NCBI GenBank assembly: GCA_011109175.1
Contig: RDEW01000054.1
Span: 61,382-125,381, forward strand
Direction: 5' to 3'
Length of the DNA stretch: 64,000 nt
Source: Dicyema japonicum
Taxonomy: Eukaryota; Animalia; Dicyemida
Positions 36,222-46,692 of this stretch are shown here, piece by piece. The position numbers and the translations under genes were made by a program. Numbering within the stretch: the stretch's first letter is position 1; every line of letters begins with the position of its first letter. The notes under the pieces were generated by a model. The model saw nothing but the letters and a program-made list of their open reading frames with translations, did no database searches and was not told where the DNA came from.

Positions 36222-39200
36222 TATTGCAGTTAGATAAACTGATAGTGAGGAAACTCTTAGCAAATGTGGTGAATAAACGTGAAGTTTCTCTAATTTTTTT
36301 AATAAGTACAAAGCACGCATTAATTGGATTAAAGAAAAAACACCTAGGTATTTAATTTTATTTTAATAAAATTAAATACGTTTTTTTGTTTATTTAAGGC
36401 ATTTAAAAAAATTTATTTGCTCATTGTTTTTCAAAATTATTGATTTCATTTTTTCTAAGAGATAGCACTTAATTATAGCATTATAACATTTATAAACTAC
36501 AAAAAATTGCATTTAAAAAATAAGCACGTTTTTTTGTTTATTTAAGGCATTTAAAAAAATTTATTTGCTCATTGTTCTTCAAAATTATTGATTTCATTTT
36601 TTCTAAGAGATAGCACTTAATTATAGCATTATAACATTTATAAACTACAAAAAATTGCATTTAAAAAATAAGCACTTAAAAATTTTGATTTTTTGAAAAA
36701 AGGAAAAAATAAGATTTGTAGTGAAGATGCCAGAACTTTGATAGCACTGATTAGTGCCGTTTCGAACCTTATCCAAAGTCGCTGCGAGGCTTCGAAGCAA
36801 GCCTTCGTTCGACACTGGGAGAAATGCATACGTCTTTATTAAAACAAAATTGTCAACTATTTGTTGAGCTCATTATAATATAGTTTTTGCACATTAGTGT
36901 CTATAAAATTTCTGTTTTTTCTCATTAAAACTTTCGACTTTTTAATCCCCCACTCAACATAACATGTTGTTACAGAGTATCCGTTAAAATAGTAATAGTT
37001 GATTTTATATTTTGAATCTCCCGTTCAGTTTTGAAATTTCATTATTTTCGAAATAGTATGTCACCAGAAAACTAACTACCCCATCCTGTGACACATGGTG
37101 AGGTGGATATCCAAAAATTTTTTCCTGGTTTTTATAACAGATACTTTATTCCCGATATTGATCNTCACCAGAAGTCTTTGTTATGCTCCATCGATATAGA
37201 AAAGGCTTTTGATACTGTCCCAAGAAAGCTTTTGACAAGGAAGATCTTTACGTCAAAAATTCCAAACAACCTGAAAATCTGTATCTCTAATTTCCTAAAT
37301 GGAAGAAGAGGAAGAGTAACTGCTGGAAAAACTAGATCAGTGACCAAGTTCCTTCCAAATAGAGTCCCTCAAGGATCTCCACTTTCACCACACCTATTCA
37401 ACCTATTCTTGAATGACATGCCCTCCCATACCAGTGACGATACTCTGGCTTTGACATATGCGGATGATATAATGGTCGCAGTCAAAGACCAGTGCGTTAA
37501 TACTGCTGTATACCGGATACAAGCTTCATTGGACGATCTAAACTGTTGGCTCGTTAAGAACATTCTACATACAAGTCCCGAAAAGTCTTATACAACAATT
37601 TTCACAACAGAAGATTGACAAACTCCGCTCCATGTTTAGCCATAAATAGAAACTCAATCCCCACGACCAACTCGGTCAAGATACTGGGCGTAACTTACGA
37701 CCCACTCTTGACCTTCAGCAAACACATCGACAACGTCATCTCTTCGGCACAACGAAAGCTAAATTTTGTTAAAACACTCCTTGGACAATATAAGGGGTGT
37801 TTCAACTCAAATTTGGACTCGCTCTACGTGCAGTATATTCAACCGTCTCTAACTTACGGGTGTGCTGCATGGGGAACCAACCTATCAAACAGGAATATAG
37901 AAAAAATCAATACCTTCCAAAAAATGGCCAGTAAGGCTTTGCAAAGGTTTTCTTGGACACCTCTAAACCCTACACTTTTTGAGGAATTAGTGAGGAAAAC
38001 AGGAGCCTTACTACCCTCCAAAAAAGTTAGAAACCCCAGCCCAATCCGGAAATGCGTTGGAACCCGGGAAGAACACCGAGCAAGAATGAGATGGGAACTC
38101 GAGGCGGTCGGAATCACCTGACGGCTATGTAGTTATTTAATTTGTCGGTGATTTTTGGTTTTTAATAATAATAATCAAAAATAATAAATACTTAATCACT
38201 CTATGGCTCCCGACCAAAATCATGAGGTCCCCGAATCTCGTTCCTGTCCATTGGGTTGAAGGTTCCACGCATCTATGATCTTTTGGAGATGAGAGTGACG
38301 TCGTCATCAGCTTATAGTGAGCAATGATCACTCTATGATAGTTCCCGATAGTCATTATAAGGCTATCTGTCTTATTGTGCTGCACATAACAGAGGTTTTG
38401 ATTATTGCTTCCAAGTAAGTCAAAGTTCTCACAATTTCGTTATGATTCCACGCGTAGTTGTGGTTGAGCATACTTAGTGGGTATATGTTCCACGGAGGAT
38501 TGTTCATTTCATATCCTTATTTTGTGAATACATTAACCATTCGTGAAGGCTATTAAGGGCTTCTCTTTATCCCGGCTTTATTCGACTTAGATTTGCAGAA
38601 TCCCTAAAATATATTAACCAAAGCATGCAGATCAGTCTAAAGTCTTTCCTTATGGATCCAATATGGAATAGAGCCAAAATTTAAAGGGAATTTTCCATTG
38701 ATGAAAATGCTAGAATGTTCCCATGACAAAATCATGCACGGCGTTTACAGAACTTTAAAGACTTTATTTGAAAACACAGAGTGAGATTTAATTAAAATGT
38801 AAAAGCCAAAGAAGGAACCGCATACATCTCCCACAATGCTCTCAATTAATATCAAGTACTTTTCAGGCCATCGTGAGATTCCATTATAAAAAGTTGTCAA
38901 GGACGAAGCCGTCAGTCACTTCCTTCGACATCAGGCGGCCAGTATGGAAGAAAGATCATCGACATTTTTTGCAAGCCACAGTGGGCATCCAGTTGACCAA
39001 AAAAATAGATCAACACAATAAGGGTAAACCACACAACCACAATATAATTTGTCCGATTACTTCCAACAGGATGTTGCAAATAATGGCACAAATAAAATCA
39101 AATCTGCAGTTACTCAACCTTTATTAAGGAATGTGAATCTCTCAGTCCTTATTAGGTAGGTTTATGATTCCATACTACACGTACTAACATATCGGAACCA

Positions 39201-39576
39201 CGTGCTATGAAACTAAATAATCTGACAATTTAAAAGTGATGTCATTGTAGCTGATAATCAAATTCCAGTTGTCCTCAAAACCATTTATTGCTTTTACTAT
39301 TTTTTAATATCCTGACCATTACTAAAATCAATAATGACATACTTAGAACTCAAATATACTCATATGCTCATCAAAGACCACGTGTTTAAAAGAAAGCTAC
39401 TGAGTTGATTATTATTATAACTGAGTTGATAGGAGTTTGTTATTATTTATTTTATTGAAAGTGAGTTGAAAGTGAGAAAGTTAGTTTCAGAATAATTAAA
39501 TTTAAATAAAATTAGAATTAAAATATATTTAAATTTAAAATTATTATAAATATATTTTAAGTTCGTTTTAGTTGAT

Positions 39577-40263
39577 ATGGATAATCACAATGACACGACT
39601 GCGCAAGTAAATGAAATCACTGATCAGGTTCTAATGTTAATGAATTTTAGTCCCTGGCCAGCACTCAACGAATGATGGCCCAGGTGTTACAGGTAGTTAT
39701 CAAAATCACTCATAGGTGCAAGGAAAGGGAGCCTCAACCATTTCGAACCTCACTGAGCAGCAGGAGAAGTTAGACAAGGTCGAGAATAACCTCGGAAGCA
39801 TGAACAAGACTCTTGAAGAAACGGAGAAGGACTTACATCAACTAAACAAGTGGCTTGGTCTTTTTGTCCCATTCTGGAGAAAGAACAAATCCAAGAAAGG
39901 AAACAAAAAGGCCAAGAAGACCGGAAAGGAGGTAGCCGAATCAAAGGAGAACGGGAAATCCAAACCCACCCCCGTGGAAACCACCACCAATTTACCTTCC
40001 GGTCCCATAATTCAGCGGTTAGCTATTTTAGTGACAGCAGACTGACGAGAGAGAGGACGAGATTGAGCAGAACTTAACCGACGTATTGGGGATCGTGGGG
40101 AACTTAAAGACGATGGCAATGGACATAAACAGCACAGTGACCTCCCAGAACACCCAATTGGACAGAATAAACCATCTTGTACACGTGTGTTGTTATTTTG
40201 TAGACACATGTCACGGATTCTCGACTGAAGGATGCTGACGATGGAGCTAAGAGGATTCTTTAG
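39577..40263 (+). CDS. SNAP25: SNAP-25 family Qbc SNARE (5 exons; third splice junction uncertain)
   Basis: NEITDQ|SLASTQRMM...EQQEKLDKVENNLGSMNKTLEETEKDLHQL (SNARE1) and EDEIEQNLTDVLGIVGNLKTMAMDINSTVTSQNTQLDRI (SNARE2); introns 39628-39650 (23 nt), 39693-39715 (23 nt), one starting at 40018, and 40179-40203 (25 nt). Confidence 0.9.
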
Positions 40264-40904
40264 TTATTTTGATATTTATTATATTTTTAATTTATTAGGT
40301 GAGTCCTGGTTGTTGTGAGTCGTTTCTTGAGTAATCGGCCTCTTTAAGTCATCGTGAGGTCTTTTAGGTGATAGGTTGATTTTTTTGTATGGACTGTCTT
40401 AATGTCCTTAGTATGTGAGGTTGGGCTTTGTTCTAGTGTCTCGGTAGTTTTGAGTGGTCTCTGGGATGCTCGGTCTCTATAAGTCATTGTGGGTTTTTTA
40501 GGTGATTGGACGATATTTTGCATGACCTGTCTCAATGTCTCTAACATATGAGGTTGGTCCTGACTTTAAGTCTTCTCGACGGGTAGGGCAAGTTTCTGTG
40601 ATCGAATGATTGTGAAGAAGGGAATCGATGAGGTTGATTTCCCAAAGTCAGTCTCAATGAATTTTTAAAAATTATGACTAAATATCAATTTGATGATTCA
40701 AAAAATTTATTACGGAATTTTGATGGTAAGATTATTTTTTAAGGTCAATAAATTATTTGAATAAGGCATTATATTTAGTAGTTATTCCGATAACTGACAA
40801 TTCAGAACCTCCCCCAATTGAAAATTAAATTATTACGAATATTGTCTCCTATAAATTATCGTCACGTATTTTTAATAGTACTTTTAAAAAAACTGTACTT
40901 TAAG

Positions 40905-41085
40905 CAGAGCCATAATACCTATAACTCCTCAGGCAGGACACAGTTCAAGTAAAGAACAGTTATGATAACATATCGTAGAGGGAGAACCAAAGAATGCTTT
41001 TCACTTCTTTTTGTTGCGTGTATGTCCTTTATAGACGATCGGGTCCCCCAATGAAATGTTCACGATGACGGAGTCACTTGTCAAG
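40905..41085. repeat. Dispersed ~200-nt repeat, copy D
   Basis: Paralog of copy C within block A'. Confidence 0.55.
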
Positions 41086-41203
41086 CCAAAGCATAGTAAA
41101 CGCGTGGAAGCTTCATTTGGAATGTACAGCAGCGAGATTCTATCCAGGGCCATTAAGCCTTTTTGCCCAGCACTTATGACACTGCATCAATAGTACTTAT
41201 AAA

Positions 41204-41614
41204 TTTTTTTTTAAAATCAATAACAATTTATTGAAGAATAAAACCAAATAGTTAAAGGCTACTGGCTGCTCTCAATCCCAGGCCAGGTACTTCCCAGCAT
41301 CCCACGGGAACAGAGTCGCTCCATCCGGCCTTCTGTTTGCCGTGGCAAGTCCTAGGGGCTCCATCTGGACAGGGAATCCGGCAGCTTCTAGTCCCCACGC
41401 AATAACCTTGTTGATTGCACTATGTCTCAGGCTCCTTCCAGCGCTCCTTCNAAATAGTTAAAGGCTACTGGCTGCTCTCAATCCCAGGCCAGGTACTTCC
41501 CAGCATCCCACGGGAACAGAGTCGCTCCATCCGGCCTTCTGTTTGCCGTGGCAAGTCCTAGGGGCTCCATCTGGACAGGGAATCCGGCAGCTTCTAGTCC
41601 CCACGCAATAACCT
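41204..41614 (-). mobile_element. CRE-clade LINE 3' end (second family) with poly(A) tail, internally deleted and duplicated
   Basis: Same LRAASSL* terminus and 3' UTR as 43135-43200; T-run at 41204-41212; repeated across the N at 41451. Confidence 0.75.
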
Positions 41615-41843
41615 NNNNNNNNNNNNNNNNNNNNNNNNNNNNNNNNNNNNNNNNNNNNNNNNNNNNNNNNNNNNNNNNNNNNNNNNNNNNNNNNNNNNNN
41701 NNNNNNNNNNNNNNNNNNNNNNNNNNNNNNNNNNNNNNNNNNNNNNNNNNNNNNNNNNNNNNNNNNNNNNNNNNNNNNNNNNNNNNNNNNNNNNNNNNNN
41801 NNNNNNNNNNNNNNNNNNNNNNNNNNNNNNNNNNNNNNNNNNN
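41615..41843. other. Assembly gap (N run)
   Basis: Run of n. Confidence 1.
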
Positions 41844-41969
41844 GTCTAAGGAACGCAGGGATTCTACGAGTCATTACATTTGGCTATAATCAAAATATAT
41901 GAATCAGTTCTATGAATTGGTTCTTACTAAAATGACTGTGGAAGACATCTTGATCGAAAAAACATGAAG

Positions 41970-42400
41970 AAGGGATTGATTTGCTTCATTCTTAAGCGAT
42001 GATAGAAAAATTGGAGCGTCGTAAGAGTCGACCACTTGGCGATAAGGTGTGGTCGTATGTTAAAAGAAACTATAATGAAGACATATAAGAAATGCCAAAG
42101 CAGTTCGAATTGCATAAATACAATATGCTGTAAAGTAAAAATTAGATTTAATGCACAACGTTAAAGTAAATATAATACATTAGNNNNNNAAAAAGGGATT
42201 GATTTGCTTCATTCTTCAGCAATGGTAGAAAAATTGGAGCGTCGTAAGTGTCGACCACTCGGCGATAAGGTGTGGTCGTATGTTAAACAGAAACTACAAT
42301 GAAGACATATAAGAAATGCCAAAGCAGTTCGAATTGCATAAATACAATATGCTGTAAAGTAAAAATTAGATTTAATGCACAACGTTAAAGTAAAAATAAT
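41970..42400 (+). mobile_element. Two tandem copies of a possible Tc1/IS630 C-terminal remnant
   Basis: DKVWSYVKRN resembles the IE.VWS.VKR motif; the copies are separated by the N run at 42184-42189. Confidence 0.3.
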
Positions 42401-42599
42401 ACATTAGTAAAAACATGGGACGGTATTGTAAGCAAGTTTTATAGCCGCAATCAAAACACTCAAAGTGGATGACGCTTTACGGATAATATTAAGGAAGACT
42501 CTTGATAGTAAGTGGGTAGAACTTATTCTTGTCATTCGAGGGTTAATAAATTAATTTTTTAATCTGAAATTTAATTCATTATTTTTTTATATTGAATGA

Positions 42600-42885
42600 C
42601 AATTATCTAACAGAAAAACAAATGTTAGTTGAGGAAGCCAGCTGCGTGGATCGAGAACAAGTTTTCTCGGAGTNTAAGTGGGTAGAACTTTTTCTTGACA
42701 TTCGGGGGTTTATAAATTAATTTTTTAATCTGAAATTTAATTCATTATTTTTTTATATTGAATGACAATTATCTAACAGAAAAACAAATATTAGTTGAGG
42801 AAGCCAGCTGCGTGGATCGAGAACAAGTTTTCTCGGAGTATGGCCATTCCAATCTTTTGTCTCAGTTATAACCCTTCTCGTTGAT
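42600..42885 (-). mobile_element. Two short CRE-like 3' ends (same family as 8556 and 24285)
   Basis: GTTGAGGAAGCCAGCTGCGTGGAT at about 42627 and 42794; LRQKIGMAI on the minus strand near 42850. Confidence 0.6.
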
Positions 42886-43134
42886 CCCTTTTTTTCCTGG
42901 CAAGCATTCATTATTTTATATTATAAATTATGAAGGATAACTCCCATTGCGTGGTTGTAGACCATAATGGAATCTTGTCATAAAAAGTGATTTTTAACTC
43001 ACTAATTTAACATAAATGAGACCCGGTGGCTTCTCCAGTTGATCTCTATAGCAATCGTGAAAAGTGACGCAACGTCGATAATATCTGCGGGGGCCACTTT
43101 GGATGGTTGGCTGTGTTAATTTAACTACGTTTTA

Positions 43135-45200
43135 AATAATAACAATTTATTGAAGAATAAAACCAAATAGTTAAAGGCTACTAGCTGCTCTCAGGATTGA
43201 GAGCGCATTTCCCTTTACGATCTGTAAGGAGATGCGCTCAATGAGCCAGCCCTTCTCTCTGACATCCCTCTTCCTTTTAGCGACTAACGATCCAATTTTG
43301 TTGAGCAGGGCTAACGACCTGCTTCCTATGACTCCCGAAGTTTCGACTGCGACTGGTTCAAATGTGTACTGCTCGCCGAGGCATGTGTACTTCCTTTTAG
43401 CGACTAACGATCCAATTTTGTTGAGCAGGGCTAACGACCTGCTTCCTATGACTCCCGAAGTTTCGACTGCGACTGGTTCAAATGTGTACTGCTCGCCGAG
43501 GCATGTGTACTTCTTTGCTCTAAGTATCTCTGCTTTCTCTGCAGCTGAGCCTGGATTTGTCGCACTCATTGTAATATTGGAAGGGGAGAAGCTATCTACG
43601 CAGGTGGCATCCCAGGCCAGGTACTTCCCAGCATCCCACGGGAACAGAGTCGCTCCATCCGGCCTTCTGTCCTAGGGGCTCCATCTGGACAAAGAATCCG
43701 GCAGCTTCTAGTCCCCACGCAATAACCTTGTTGATTGCACTATGTCTCAGGCTCCTTCCAGCGCTCCTTCGGCAGGAAAGTGCGTGGAGTCCTTTCGCGT
43801 CGACTATTCCCCCACATCTACAGCGATGGATTGCGCAAACATCGATTCCGAGGCGGACGCAAACCCCAATCCTCGTGGAGTCATCGTCCAGAAAAGTTCC
43901 GAGTGAAATGCACGGGAATGCTTTGAGCCATGCACCACTTACGTTTGTTGATGCGGTAGCCAGACAAGCCAGACGATGCTGGTCGAGTTGTGGTTTTAGC
44001 TCATCGATGGTCCTCGAACATACAAGTTCGTTCCAGTCTCGTTGTTTGTTGAAGTTGAAGTTCTTCGGGAGTCCCAAATTAAGTCCAATCCAAACATCGT
44101 GAGCCATGCATGCCATTGGTTCAGTGTCCGATCCGTTAATGTAGCGTAGGATCTGGTGAACTAGACCACGGGAAGCATATGTCGAAGACAGAAAGGCTGG
44201 GAGGGCGAGTTCAAGTGGCGAGCGTATCACAATTCCTCCATAACGAAGTGGTAACTTGCATTGGGTCCACCCTGCTTTATCCAGAGAGATGTTAAATGTT
44301 TCTTCAACAGAGGTCCTCAGCTTCTCATCGATAACTCTCAAGAAATCCATGTCTGTGAAACATGAGGATGTCCGTAGAAAAAAAGGAGTGGTGTAAGGTG
44401 AAAATTCTTGAGGATGAAGAGAGAAATGTGGGAGTCCAAAGCCTTTAGATTGTGCGTGAGCAGCTGTACGGATTCACTTTTCTCCTCCAGGACAGTTGAC
44501 ATGTCATACAGAGGAGATCCGAGGAAGATCGCCTTTTCTAGTCGGGTGACTTTGATGTCCTGGAGGCAAGTAGAAATGGTCGTTATTGCGCGTTCAAAGG
44601 TGTCCTCTCCACAGGTCACGTTAATAACTTCGCACTTCGATGGATTCGGCTCCAGTCCGAGTGCCGCGAGGGCAGGGATGACGCGTTTAACCTCTTCCAC
44701 AACAATTTCCCAACTCCCCCCAATGGTCGCGTCATCAAGGTACCATAAGTTCAAGGGAGTTTTGATCGCAGATGATACACAGTCGAGACCCAAAGCAAAG
44801 AGTAGAGGGCCAAGTGGGTCTCCTTGTTGGACTCCAGTCTTGGACTTGATGGCGTGTTGTCCGAAGATCAGCGTACACGGGGAACCATATGAGAGTCTGA
44901 CCATCCTGCTGATCTCAGGAATCCTAGAGACACTATCTTCTATGATTCTATCCCTTCGGATGCTATTGAATGCATTACGTATGTCCAGTTTGACTATAAT
45001 TGAATCCTGCGCGTCAGGAGGGCTGGCAACAAAATTCCGGATTGAATGTATTACTGCTTCACATCCATTAGGTACTCCAACTCCGAGTTGGACANCTCTT
45101 CTTATGCTATTGAATGCATTACGTATGTCCAGTTTGACTATAATTGAATCCTGCGCGTCAAGAGGGCTGGCAACAAAATTCCGGATTGAATGTACAAAAT
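43135..45200 (-). mobile_element. CRE-clade LINE (RT, CCHC, REL), 5'-truncated with local duplications
   Basis: KLDIRNAFNSIRR, GVQQGDPLGPLLF, WYLDDATIG, LPLRYGG, CRCGG...HALSC...RHSAIN, WDATC.DSF, FEPVAVETSG. Confidence 0.9.
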
Positions 45201-45262
45201 TCCTTTTAACATAAATTAAAATGTAATAAAATAAACTTGAGGTAAAACTGTCACGAAAAATA

Positions 45263-45333
45263 TGCGCCAGCCGGAAATCGAACACGGGTCGCTAACATGG
45301 CAAGCTAACATCATACCATTAGACCACTGGCGC
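45263..45333 (-). tRNA. tRNA-Gly (GCC)
   Basis: GCGCCAG/CTGGCGC acceptor stem, D-loop AATGGTA, anticodon loop TTGCCAT, T-loop TTCGATT, discriminator A, TTTTT terminator 2 nt downstream; the T-stem has a U-C mismatch and G53-U61. Confidence 0.8.
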
Positions 45334-46579
45334 TTTTATAACTGATAATTTCTCTATCTGATTTCGCACTAGGAAATTTTCTACTGTGACTTGTGCTTTC
45401 AGTGCCATATAAATTACTAATTTGGGAACAAATTAAATTTTTGAACTACTTCATTGACCTAGTAATAAAAACTTTCATTTTCCGCATGTGTCTTCCAACG
45501 ACACGAAAATAGGCACGATTCCAGACAAACTAATAATTGAAGGCAACGAGAGAATTGAATGGCTGGGATCACCGGTCTATTTCACTTAGAGAAGAATCTG
45601 TTCGTGATTCCAAATAGAGTAAACTGTTCTCTGGTGCAAAGCAAGGTAAGGAAGCAAAGTGTAAGTTGTTGCCAGCTTAGAGGAGAGATTCTCAATCGTT
45701 GAGATAACTTATTCATGATGTATTCATGTGGGGTAATTACTTTCCAAGTACTCGTACAATCAAACTATTGAATCGAGGTGGAGACTCCTTGGGTAAGTAC
45801 TGGGGATGCACATAGATACCCCTGCAATTATAGTAAAAGAACAATACTTTGACAAGGGTCACTCACAACGTGACCCTCAACAAGGACCTCAAAGTGATTG
45901 TAAGAGACTCGAATTACACATATCCACCATTATATTAAAATGGTCGTACGCATATGTTCTGGACCTATCTATCGTCTCATTATAGCCATATGGCATTATA
46001 GAATTGACAACGCTGTATAAAAAGTAATTTAGATAAGTTTGATAAAACATCATTATTTAAAAATACCTATTTTTGAGAAAATTTTATATTCTGTGGAATT
46101 TTATTGGGATTGGAGATTGTGTCCTGTCTAAGCGTAGCTATCATGGATCAGCGTAAAAGTGCAGTTTTTTGTGTCTGCTCATTCTATAAAGTCAAGTATT
46201 TAGAGAATTCACATAATGATGATTTCGTCGATAAGATTAAAATGGCTGTGGATTCTTACTGTTCTGTCTATATCCAATCATCCATTTCACCTTCAAAAGT
46301 TGTCGGTCTTTAAGCAGACATCTATCCACCATATCTGTATAGGCACTAACTCTGACGCTTCCGGGAAGCGGTAAAGTCTTTCGATGAGAAGAGGATGAAA
46401 TTGACGTGCAGTCTCTATTTTCATTAAAATAAACAAAGCTAAATATTGAGGAGCTTTATTATTATTAGCAATGAGAATGTCTAGGTAATACCTATTTATT
46501 GGTAAATGTGAACAATCTTGTTTATATTTGTATTTGGTGTATAATATCACGAAAATACTAAAAAGACAGGGCACTATAA

Positions 46580-46692
46580 NNNNNNNNNNNNNNNNNNNNN
46601 NNNNNNNNNNNNNNNNNNNNNNNNNNNNNNNNNNNNNNNNNNNNNNNNNNNNNNNNNNNNNNNNNNNNNNNNNNNNNNNNNNNNNNNNNNNN
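46580..46692. other. Assembly gap (N run)
   Basis: Run of n. Confidence 1.

Larger units (their letters stand above)
32446..37163 (+). repeat. Segmental duplication block B
   Basis: Colinear and highly similar to 46693-49402 once the pogo insertion and the 151-bp duplication are removed. Confidence 0.9.
37165..41205 (+). repeat. Segmental duplication block A' (LINE RT 3' half, SNAP25-like gene, repeat copy D)
   Basis: Starts immediately after the N at 37164; ORF 37088-37618 has YADD where block A has YVDD. Confidence 0.9.
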
